The position numbers and the translations under genes are program-made. Under the pieces are notes generated by a model. It saw only the letters and a program-made list of their open reading frames with translations. It was not told the origin of the DNA and made no database searches. From NCBI GenBank assembly GCA_964416375.1, contig CAYQDZ010000002.1, positions 1 to 54,127 on the forward strand: 54,127 nt of DNA, in the 5' to 3' direction. Source of the stretch: an uncultured Bacteroidales bacterium. GTDB lineage: Bacteria > Bacteroidota > Bacteroidia > Bacteroidales > UBA10428. Of this stretch, positions 35,825-44,919 are shown one piece after another. The first letter of the stretch is position 1. Each line of letters opens with the position of its first letter.

Positions 35825-38800
35825 TTGTCAATCAAAAAAACAGAACGAAACTTGTTTTTATACGTATTTACAGGTATTGTTAGAACAGTTAATTTCAGAA
35901 ACAGTGGGAGGGAAAACGTGGTTCAGTTAAAAAGATTTAAAAAAACTCTAGGTTCGATAGTATTATTTGTACTCGGTTCAAGCAGTTTAATCGGACAAAT
36001 AAATTTTCCGGCTCAATCGTTTTACAGCTATCTGAAGGGAAGTGAAGCTTCAGGATTAGCCGGCAACTGGATGGATCCCGGATTCAATGATTCTTCATGG
36101 GAGACTGGGTATGCCCCTTTTCGATACGGAGATGGTAGTGGAGGGACTGAAATCGCCGATATGCAGGATAGTTATTCCACCTTGTATTTGCGCTCGTTCT
36201 TTACTGTTTCAGATGCAGTCAATATTAACGAAGTTATATTTACAGTTGATTATGACGATGGTTTTGTTCTATGGATCAATGGAGAGATAGCACTCAGCAG
36301 GTATGCACCCGGAGCTCTTACTTATAATGCATTTGCAACTGAGCTGCATGAATCAGGAACTTCAGAGTCATTTGTAGTTAGTGCATATGATATAAGCCTT
36401 ATTGAAGGTATTAATACTATTGCCGTTCAGGGATTCAACGAAAACCTTGCCAGCACGGATTTTTATTTTGATGTTACTATACAAGCTACTCCTGATATAC
36501 CACGGTTAATTGACACGATTGGAATTGGGTTTAGTCATAATTCAGGCTTTTATTCTTCTCCCTTCAGCCTAACTCTTACTTCGCCTGATCCTTCGGCAGA
36601 TATTATCTATACCCTGGATGGCAGTAATCCTCAAAATTCTGTTACGGCCATTTCAGAAACATCGCCGGCAACGGTTATTATCGATCCTTCCAGCACAACA
36701 GGACGGGGTTCTACACCTGCAGTAGTTCTCAGGGCATCGCTTACAAAAAGCGGGTATAGTCCGTCTTTTCCTACAGGAAGGAGCTTTATTTTTATCGATG
36801 ATGTGATAACTCAAACTTATCCTGGAGGAGAATGGCCGAACACCAACATCAATGATCAGATCATTGATTATGATATGGCTACTGATGTGGTAAGTGATCC
36901 GCGTTATACAAATTTGATTGATGACGCATTGCTTGATATTCCTACAATCTCCATCATTACCGACAATAAAAATTTATTTGATCCTATGACCGGTATTTAT
37001 GTGAATGCCGAAGGCCATGGAATGGATTGGGAGCGGGAATGTACGGTAGAATTGGTCCATCCTGACGGAACAGAAGGCTTTAATATCAATGCCGGATTAC
37101 GGATTCGTGGCGGATGGAGTCGTCATCCTGATTTTCCAAAACATTCGTTCAGGTTGTTTTTTCGTTCCGATTATGGCGCTTCTAAGTTAGAATATTCCTT
37201 GTTTGATGATGAGGGAGTATCAGAGTTTGATAAAATTGATCTTCGTACCGCTCAGAACTATGCATGGAGCAACGGAGATAGCAGGAACACAATGGTCAGG
37301 GAGGTGTTTTCAAGGGATTCACAACGTGATATGGATCAACCCTATACACGCAGCAGGTATTATCAATTGTACCTGAATGGAATGTACTGGGGCCTATTTC
37401 AAACCCAGGAACGTTCCGAAGCACGCTTTGCTTCCGATTATCTCGGAGATAGCAGTGAAGATTACGATGTTGTTAAAGTGAATACAGAAGACTACTCATA
37501 CTCAATAGAAGCAACTGACGGCCAACTAACTACATGGCAGAATATATACACTCTTGTAAACCAAGGATTTGAAAGCAATCAGAGCTATTTTTTTCTGGAA
37601 GGAAAAAATGAGAATGGCATCCCGGTTTCCGGCAGACAGATCCTGGTGGATGTGGATAACCTGATCGATTATATGTTGACTATTTTTTATACCGGGAATT
37701 TTGATGCACCTACCTCTTCATTTGGTCAAAACAATGGGCCAAATAATTTTTACGCAATCTATAACAGATCGGACAACAGAAAAGGATTTGTGTTTTTTAA
37801 TCATGATGCAGAGCATACCATGTTTGTAGACAATGCCTGGCCGGGAACGGGCATTTCCGAAAACAGGGTAAATATCGGAACAAGAACTGATGAATACAGA
37901 ATGGAAGTGAGCAGTTTTAATGGATTTCATCCTCAATGGCTGCATTTTAAACTTTCGGAAAATGAAGAATACCGGTTACGATTTGCTGACCGTGCAGCCA
38001 TCCATTTAACAGGCAATGGAGCATTTACTGCTACAGAGAGCCTTAACCGGTTTAATAGCAGGGTATCTGAAATTCAGACTGCCATTATTGCCGAATCGGC
38101 CAGATGGGGAGATGCAAAATCAGGTCAGTCGTATACCAAAGACGATCACTGGCTTCCGGAAATTAACGAGGTAAAAACAGAATTTTTTCCTGTAAGAACA
38201 GATATTCTTATCAATCAGCTTAAACAGGAGGGATTGTATTCCAATTTGGGAGCTCCTGAAATTCATATTTCAGGAAATCCGGTTTATGAAAAGGATTTCC
38301 ATATCAGTTCCATGACACAAACAATTATTGAAAATCCAAATTCAACCGGAACAATTTATTATACTTTGGATGGAAGCGATCCGCGACTGGTTGGCGGAGA
38401 GGTATCTTCATCAGCAATAGATGGGAATGAGACAGTAACCATTGATATTGGCTCATCGACCATTATAAAATCAAGAATTTATAGTAATGGAACCTGGAGC
38501 GCCATTCGCCATATTAACTTTTATTCTGTAAGCGATGATTACTCCTGGTTAAAAGTTACGGAATTACATTACCATCCTCTTGATTATATTCTTGGCATCG
38601 ATACAATTTCAGGAAAATCTTTCGAATATATTGAGTTTAAAAACACAGGAGAAACCTCACTAAACTTATCAGGTTTTGTTCTTGATTCTGCAGTATATTA
38701 TGAATTTCCTCAAAATACTATTCTCGCACCCAAAAGTTTTTATGTTATTGCTTCCAAGCCCTCATGGTTCTATTATTTATATGGAAAAATACCCAATGGT

Positions 38801-39322
38801 AATTTTAGCGGAAGCTTTTCGAACAGCGGTGAGGAAATACTGTTGAATGATTCCCAGGGAAATGCTTTGATTCATTTTGTTTACGATGATCATGATCCGT
38901 GGCCTGAAGCCCCGGATGGTGATGGCCCTTCCATGGTATCGATCGAGAAGGATCCAACAGGTGATCCTGCCTCGCCTTATTATTGGCGTGAATCCTACAG
39001 AGTAAATGGTTCTCCACTCAACGACGACAACCTGATTTCAGGCATTGAAAATCCTAAGATGGAAAATGAACCATACAAGCACATATTGGTATATCCCAAT
39101 CCAACGCAGGGTGAACTCCATATCAGGAGAGGTATTCCGGCAGAATGTAAGCGGATGAATGTCAGAATTTACAGTTTAAGTGGTGTATTGTTGTATGAAA
39201 CCGAATCAGTTTCTGAATTGAACATAAACCTTAAAACCTTGCACCTTGATGCAGGAATATACATTATGCAAATAAAATCGCAAGATAATCTGGTTACAAA
39301 AAGAATTGTCTATCACCCTTAA
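35825..39322 (+). CDS. large secreted CotH kinase-family protein with chitobiase/Hex-C-like modules, lamin-tail domain and T9SS C-terminal sorting domain
   Basis: CotH-like core (NYAWSNGDSRNTMVREVFSRD...YYQLYLNGMYWGLFQTQER). Two IYTLDGS(N/D)P modules. A lamin-tail-like segment (VTELHYHP...EYIEFKNTGETSLNLSGF). C-terminal VYPNPTQGELHI. The real start is probably GTG at 35918, just before the signal peptide. Confidence 0.8.
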   Translation: MSIKKTERNLFLYVFTGIVRTVNFRNSGRENVVQLKRFKKTLGSIVLFVLGSSSLIGQINFPAQSFYSYLKGSEASGLAGNWMDPGFNDSSWETGYAPFRYGDGSGGTEIADMQDSYSTLYLRSFFTVSDAVNINEVIFTVDYDDGFVLWINGEIALSRYAPGALTYNAFATELHESGTSESFVVSAYDISLIEGINTIAVQGFNENLASTDFYFDVTIQATPDIPRLIDTIGIGFSHNSGFYSSPFSLTLTSPDPSADIIYTLDGSNPQNSVTAISETSPATVIIDPSSTTGRGSTPAVVLRASLTKSGYSPSFPTGRSFIFIDDVITQTYPGGEWPNTNINDQIIDYDMATDVVSDPRYTNLIDDALLDIPTISIITDNKNLFDPMTGIYVNAEGHGMDWERECTVELVHPDGTEGFNINAGLRIRGGWSRHPDFPKHSFRLFFRSDYGASKLEYSLFDDEGVSEFDKIDLRTAQNYAWSNGDSRNTMVREVFSRDSQRDMDQPYTRSRYYQLYLNGMYWGLFQTQERSEARFASDYLGDSSEDYDVVKVNTEDYSYSIEATDGQLTTWQNIYTLVNQGFESNQSYFFLEGKNENGIPVSGRQILVDVDNLIDYMLTIFYTGNFDAPTSSFGQNNGPNNFYAIYNRSDNRKGFVFFNHDAEHTMFVDNAWPGTGISENRVNIGTRTDEYRMEVSSFNGFHPQWLHFKLSENEEYRLRFADRAAIHLTGNGAFTATESLNRFNSRVSEIQTAIIAESARWGDAKSGQSYTKDDHWLPEINEVKTEFFPVRTDILINQLKQEGLYSNLGAPEIHISGNPVYEKDFHISSMTQTIIENPNSTGTIYYTLDGSDPRLVGGEVSSSAIDGNETVTIDIGSSTIIKSRIYSNGTWSAIRHINFYSVSDDYSWLKVTELHYHPLDYILGIDTISGKSFEYIEFKNTGETSLNLSGFVLDSAVYYEFPQNTILAPKSFYVIASKPSWFYYLYGKIPNGNFSGSFSNSGEEILLNDSQGNALIHFVYDDHDPWPEAPDGDGPSMVSIEKDPTGDPASPYYWRESYRVNGSPLNDDNLISGIENPKMENEPYKHILVYPNPTQGELHIRRGIPAECKRMNVRIYSLSGVLLYETESVSELNINLKTLHLDAGIYIMQIKSQDNLVTKRIVYHP

Positions 39323-40039
39323 TACATGATTTAAAATGTATACCTATTTTAAGCATGGTGGACCAAGATCAAGGTGAGCATATCAACAAACGATAATCTG
39401 CTTCAGGTCGGCATATATCGAATTTTCGCCGGTTATTTTTATGATAGCATATCTGCCATTTCTGAACGGCCCGGGATTAACAGTCATACAATTTCCAATC
39501 TCATAATCGATGAATCCCTGAGCCTGGCCTTGAAGAATGAATTTTTTCATTCAGGCAGATTCATTCGAAATGAGTCATTCGTATTAGCAACACAGGTTTT
39601 TACCATTTGCACTTTCTTTGGCTATTATATGAATGGTCATTTTAGCCAAATCTTCTTACTCCCGAAACTTTCAGATACACTATAAACACAAAGTTATAAT
39701 AAAGGGAATGCCGGAGTTCAAAAAGAAAATCCGGCATAATTCCCAAAAAACCAAAACCATGAAAACAAAGAACAAAAATAGTGTTAATTGCGGTTAAAAA
39801 AACTAATTTTCGTAATATATTTAATCCCGTTTGTGTTCATAAATGTTATCTCTGCTTTATTCTTCCAGTTTAATTCAGTGATCTTATACTTTTTTAGGGT
39901 AATGCTTTTTAAGCTGCCGGGTCATTCTGCAATCCAATAATATTTTGAATATATTTCATTGTGATAGTGTAGGATTTTTCACCTTAAAACGGACAATGTA
40001 TAATCAAATAGTATAGAATCTGAGGGTTAGAGTAAATCC

Positions 40040-42493
40040 CTAAGCTCTTTTGCGTTGAAATATTTTGCCAAAAAATCCTCTTGAATCATCGTTGTAGTAT
40101 TTGTTATCATAACCGTATTTAAAGGATTCTTTTCGGATATTCAGATCATTAATGAGAATACTAAAATTACCAAAACCATTGTTTTTCATACCCTTAAGAG
40201 CATTTTTATATGCATCTTTAATTGTATGTTCCATCCGGACCACAAAAATGTTCACATCAGAATGTTTCATCAATAGAAATGTTTCTGAAACGATTCCCAC
40301 AGGTGCAGAATCAATAATAATATAATCGTACATTCCCTTCAAGGTTTCGATGAATTCTGTTGTCCTTTCTGAAGAAATAAGTTCTGACGGATTAGGTGCT
40401 GCAGGACCGGCTGATAATAAATCCAGGTTTTCAATTTCAGTCGGAAGAATAATATCGTCAATCACAGCTTTATCAATTAAAAATGAACTGATGCCGATCA
40501 TATTACTGGCGCCGAACTCCTGGTGCACTTTTGGTCTTCTCAAATCAAATTCCAGTAAGGCAGTTTTATGACCATTCAAAGCCAAAACAGAGGCGAAATT
40601 AATTGCACAGAAAGTTTTTCCATCGCCACTGGAGGAGGAAGTAAACAAGATTACCTGTTTTTTACCGCTTTGATCAAAGAATTGGAAATTAGTGCGTACT
40701 CCACGGAAGGACTCAGAAACAGAAGAATTGGGTCTCTGAGCTACTACCAGACTGGTTTTTCTGAAATTATGAAAGATCTTTCCTAAGATCGGGTTATCAG
40801 TCATCTGTTCAATTTCTTCTATGGTGTTGATCCGATTATTGAAAAAGTCGATAACCATTATATAAACAGTTGGTATAAATAATGCAATAAAAAAAGCAAT
40901 TGCATAATTTAATTTCTTTTTTGGGGATACTGATTTCATCCAGATCGAACGAGCTGGTTCAATAACTTCATAGTCTGGCATACTGGATGCTTTAGTAATT
41001 TGAGCTTCCGATCGTTTCTGCAATAGAAATGTATAAATGGTACTGTTCAATTCAAATTTTCTTTCAATACCTTTTAATTGCAATTCAGTCTTGGGCATGG
41101 CAGAAATTTGATTGGATAATTTGGATATCCTATAATCTATTTCATTGATAGAGCTTGAAATGGTTTTTAAGGAGCTTGATACATTTTCGAGAATGGTATT
41201 TTTAATATTAGTAGTCCTTAAATTATAGTTTTTTAACAGGATATTGTCAGAGCTCTGGTTATCTCCTGAATGACTTGCCCTCTCAGAATTTATTGCCATC
41301 AGTTCGGTTACAAGGCCTGTGAGAATCGGATCAACCACATTCATTGATGAAGGTGCTACCAGATCAGATATATCGCTATTTTTATTGAAATAATCCTTTA
41401 AATATGAATAATACCTCAGCTGGTTTCGTAGAATCGATTTTTCAGATTCCAGCCGATCCAGTTTGGAAAATACCTGTTGTCCCTGAAAACTCATATCCAT
41501 TACCTGATGAGAGGTACGGAAACTTTTCAAATTTGCTTCTGCAGTTGTAAGGGAGTCTTTGAATTCTGATATCTGGGCATCAATAAATGAAACCGTACTC
41601 GCAGCAGCATTGTTTTTTTTCTGTAGATTTCGATCTAAAAATACAGATGCAAGAGTATTAATAAAATCAGTAACCCGGTAATAATTTGTACCTTTCAGTG
41701 AAATATCAATAATAGATGCAGTAGGACTGATCGCTTCAACCGAAAGATAAGACTTGTATTCAAAAGTTAAATAATTGGTATTATTAAAGTAAAAGTATAA
41801 CTCATTGTTTTTTGTGAGATTCTTGTCAAAATATTCTGTTTTTAATATTTGAAAGTTGAAGTATTCTGTTTTGATTTCCTGACCAAACTTATAATTGTAA
41901 TTGAAAATTTTATAAGGTACTACTCCGGTGATATTATCATCGATGTAGTTAAAAAGGTATACATTATCCTTTTGTGGCTTAGTATAAATTTTAAATGTAT
42001 TGTCATCAATAAATTCAATGTAAAAATGGAGATAAGTGGCTTGAGGATGTGTAGGGTCAACAATAACTTGAATGGGAGATTCCTTGTAGAGTTCTGTCTT
42101 TCTGACAAAATCAGTATTTTTAAGTAAATCAGAATAAAAAGTTTTTTCGTAACTGAAAATCGAAGTTTTCAGATCCATTCTATCAATAGATTCTTTTATA
42201 ATTGAAAAAGATTTTACCACTTCTATTTCATTGTCTATTTTGTTTTGTCCGGAAAATAGCGCCATCCCTGACATAAAATCGCTGGTACCTGAAAATGCAT
42301 TGCGCTCTTTTTCAGATATCAAAATGGTTGCATTGTTCTTGTATAATACCTTAGAGGTTTTATTATAGAAAAAAGTAATCCCAAGAAGAATAATTATTAA
42401 GGCAATATAGAGTCGCTTAAACTCTAAAAAGCGCTGCACTAACTTTTTGTAATTCAGATCTTGTGTTTGGGGATCTTCGTACGATTCAGCCAT
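40040..42493 (-). CDS. polysaccharide co-polymerase / tyrosine autokinase (Wzc/GumC-like)
   Basis: 817 aa. Wzz-like N-terminal part with two TM segments; Walker A SSSGDGKT, Walker A' LEFDLRRP and Walker B YIIIDSAP; Tyr-rich tail YGYDNKYY. Confidence 0.9.
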   Translation of the reverse strand: MAESYEDPQTQDLNYKKLVQRFLEFKRLYIALIIILLGITFFYNKTSKVLYKNNATILISEKERNAFSGTSDFMSGMALFSGQNKIDNEIEVVKSFSIIKESIDRMDLKTSIFSYEKTFYSDLLKNTDFVRKTELYKESPIQVIVDPTHPQATYLHFYIEFIDDNTFKIYTKPQKDNVYLFNYIDDNITGVVPYKIFNYNYKFGQEIKTEYFNFQILKTEYFDKNLTKNNELYFYFNNTNYLTFEYKSYLSVEAISPTASIIDISLKGTNYYRVTDFINTLASVFLDRNLQKKNNAAASTVSFIDAQISEFKDSLTTAEANLKSFRTSHQVMDMSFQGQQVFSKLDRLESEKSILRNQLRYYSYLKDYFNKNSDISDLVAPSSMNVVDPILTGLVTELMAINSERASHSGDNQSSDNILLKNYNLRTTNIKNTILENVSSSLKTISSSINEIDYRISKLSNQISAMPKTELQLKGIERKFELNSTIYTFLLQKRSEAQITKASSMPDYEVIEPARSIWMKSVSPKKKLNYAIAFFIALFIPTVYIMVIDFFNNRINTIEEIEQMTDNPILGKIFHNFRKTSLVVAQRPNSSVSESFRGVRTNFQFFDQSGKKQVILFTSSSSGDGKTFCAINFASVLALNGHKTALLEFDLRRPKVHQEFGASNMIGISSFLIDKAVIDDIILPTEIENLDLLSAGPAAPNPSELISSERTTEFIETLKGMYDYIIIDSAPVGIVSETFLLMKHSDVNIFVVRMEHTIKDAYKNALKGMKNNGFGNFSILINDLNIRKESFKYGYDNKYYNDDSRGFFGKIFQRKRA

Positions 42494-42494
42494 G

Positions 42495-43244
42495 CTATTT
42501 GCTATTAAGGATTAATGTTATTACTGTTACGGCTGTTGAAATGGTAGAAAACATAATGTATAAGGGCGTATAGTCCCTCAATCGTCTGTATTTAGCCTTT
42601 ACAGGATCTACTATTATTATATCATTTGGCAACAAGTAGTAATATTCAGATTGCACTATTTTTTTTTCTGTCAGATCCAAATTACGATAGGTTATTTCAT
42701 TATCCTTTTCACGAATTAAAGTAACGGTGGTTTTATCACCATAAACGTCAATATCAGATGCAAGAGCCAATGCCTGAAAAACGGTTATTTTTTCATCAAA
42801 GAAAGTAAAATTTCCAGGTCGTTTTACTTCACCTAAAACAGTTATTTTATTCCCAACAAAACGTATTCGAACAGATATATTCGTCAGGTATTTATTGAGT
42901 TCTTTTTCCAATTTATTCCTTGCTTCTTCAAGTGTGAGATCCATAAGTACAATATTACCAATAAACGGAAAATTAATATATCCTTTATCTGAAACTTCAT
43001 AAGAAATTAATTGTTCATTTGTTTGGTTAAACCTAATATCCTGTTCAAATATTTTAGCAGTTCTTTCATCAAGACTATATATTTTAATATACAAATAATC
43101 ATAGGGCTGAATAGTTTTCTCCAATCTGTCATTAGAATATTTGCTTTCTTGATCTGAATCATCAATAACATATTTCAGCTTCTCTGTAGGAATACAACTT
43201 AAAGCCAGAAACAGGATAAGTAAATAGGAAGTAAATTTTAACAT
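42495..43244 (-). CDS. polysaccharide export outer-membrane lipoprotein (Wza-like, Poly_export/SLBB)
   Basis: 249 aa. Lipobox LALSC and the typical IQPYDYLYIKIYS start of a Poly_export domain. It ends 1 nt before the kinase gene start. Confidence 0.85.
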   Translation of the reverse strand: MLKFTSYLLILFLALSCIPTEKLKYVIDDSDQESKYSNDRLEKTIQPYDYLYIKIYSLDERTAKIFEQDIRFNQTNEQLISYEVSDKGYINFPFIGNIVLMDLTLEEARNKLEKELNKYLTNISVRIRFVGNKITVLGEVKRPGNFTFFDEKITVFQALALASDIDVYGDKTTVTLIREKDNEITYRNLDLTEKKIVQSEYYYLLPNDIIIVDPVKAKYRRLRDYTPLYIMFSTISTAVTVITLILNSK

Positions 43245-43304
43245 TTGAATTATACTTTGGTAATAATAGCAAAGATAGGAGAGGAATAGAAATATGCAAT
43301 AGAA

Positions 43305-44780
43305 TTAATGACCTCCTGCACGAAAAACGCTCAAAATAGTTCTGAAAAACAAGATGAAATCGGCCTTCAGAGACCAGTTATCAATGTATTGCATATCCAG
43401 TTTCATCCATTTTTCAAATATCACATCATTTCGGTTAGGGAATATCTGCCACGTACATGTGATTCCAGGTTTTACTGATAGGCGTCTTAATTGCCACCTT
43501 TCATATTTTTCCACCTCATCTGGTAATGGCGGTCTGGGACCGATAAGCGACATTTCTCCTTTAAGAACATTGAAAAGCTGAGGGAGTTCATCAAGTCCTG
43601 TTTTTCGAAGCATTCTTCCTACAGCTGTGATCCTTGGATCATTTTTTATTTTAAAAGTAGGTCCGTCACTTTCGTTTATCTTGTTAAGTCTTTCTTTCAA
43701 TTTTTCTGCATTCTGAACCATGCTACGAAACTTATAGATATAGAATTTTCTTCCCCGTACGCCTACTCTCTCCTGTTTAAAAATAACCGGTCCGGTTGAT
43801 GTAGTCTTAATCAGAATAGAAACCAAAAGCATAAAAGGCGATAAAAGAAAGATAATGGCGAATGAGATCCAGAAATCTATAAATGATTTCCAGATCAAAG
43901 CAAATTTATTTTTAGGTGTGGTATTAAAAGTAAGAAATGATCTGTCGTTAAAATTTGTCAGGTATGCATTGCTGTATGTCATAGGAGATAAATTAGATTG
44001 TAAACGAAGGATTACACCAATTTCTTCACATGCCTGGATCAGGTCATGAATCCTGTTTTCGACTATTGTGCTTTTGCAATAAATCACTTCATCAATAATA
44101 TCAACCTTTATCAGGTCTCGAATGGATATCTTATCTGGAATAATTCGAATTTCCTTGCCATATTTTTTTCTGATCTTGTCTGAATTTGACAGAATCATTA
44201 ATATTCTGAATCCCCATTCTTTATAAGTAAGGATATCTGAAATAAACTGATCGGAATTATCATCGGCATACAGTATGACATTATGAATGTTGTGGCCATT
44301 TACCCTGAAATATTTAAAAACTCTGAAAATAATCATCCTGAGGATAAATAATGAAAATAGGTTTACCACAGTAAATGAAATGATCATATAGTGGCTAAAT
44401 ATCTGCAGATCAAAAATATGCTTGTACAGGAATATAAGTAAGAAGCCAATAAAATTGAAATTAAGAAGTTTGAATAGGACGGAAAGAGTCGATCTGGTTC
44501 TTGGAATAGTTGCAAGATTTGATGTTTTTAACAGCAATGCCCATGTCGGTATGATCAACAGCAGCATATAAACATAATCTATCGTGAAAACAAAATAATC
44601 TGTTTCAATAAGATTTGTTAGATAATAGGCAGTAAAAAAGGAGAGAATTGTAACAATAATATCAAGCACGGGAAATATTGTCTGAATTTTTTTTGCTAAA
44701 AACAAATTGTGAAAATTTTTCTTAACGTTACTTAGTCTCATAGAATAAATGATGTTTTTTAATGATCCAAATTTAAGCAT
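43305..44780 (-). CDS. priming polyprenyl-phosphate sugar-phosphate transferase (WbaP/EpsL-type bacterial sugar transferase)
   Basis: 491 aa. Multiple N-terminal TM helices and a C-terminal catalytic block KFRSM...DELPQLFNVLKGEMSLIGPRPP. Confidence 0.9.
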   Translation of the reverse strand: MLKFGSLKNIIYSMRLSNVKKNFHNLFLAKKIQTIFPVLDIIVTILSFFTAYYLTNLIETDYFVFTIDYVYMLLLIIPTWALLLKTSNLATIPRTRSTLSVLFKLLNFNFIGFLLIFLYKHIFDLQIFSHYMIISFTVVNLFSLFILRMIIFRVFKYFRVNGHNIHNVILYADDNSDQFISDILTYKEWGFRILMILSNSDKIRKKYGKEIRIIPDKISIRDLIKVDIIDEVIYCKSTIVENRIHDLIQACEEIGVILRLQSNLSPMTYSNAYLTNFNDRSFLTFNTTPKNKFALIWKSFIDFWISFAIIFLLSPFMLLVSILIKTTSTGPVIFKQERVGVRGRKFYIYKFRSMVQNAEKLKERLNKINESDGPTFKIKNDPRITAVGRMLRKTGLDELPQLFNVLKGEMSLIGPRPPLPDEVEKYERWQLRRLSVKPGITCTWQIFPNRNDVIFEKWMKLDMQYIDNWSLKADFILFFRTILSVFRAGGH

Positions 44781-44919
44781 CTTTAATGCTATAATTCATA
44801 GAATATTAGTAAACACCACCCATATTTTGATCAAGGATAGTTTTTTGGAGACAGAACTCAGTTTCAGTGCTTAATTAAATAGTATTACTTCCAGAAAAAT
44901 CAGTGAAAATGCAATTCTC

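Noticed and set aside
39374-39685. 103-aa GTG-initiated plus-strand ORF in the CotH-Wzc gap.
   Set aside because: It has no ATG start, no signal or family motif, and overlaps a decayed minus-strand frame. I treated the region as non-coding or pseudogenic rather than calling a CDS.
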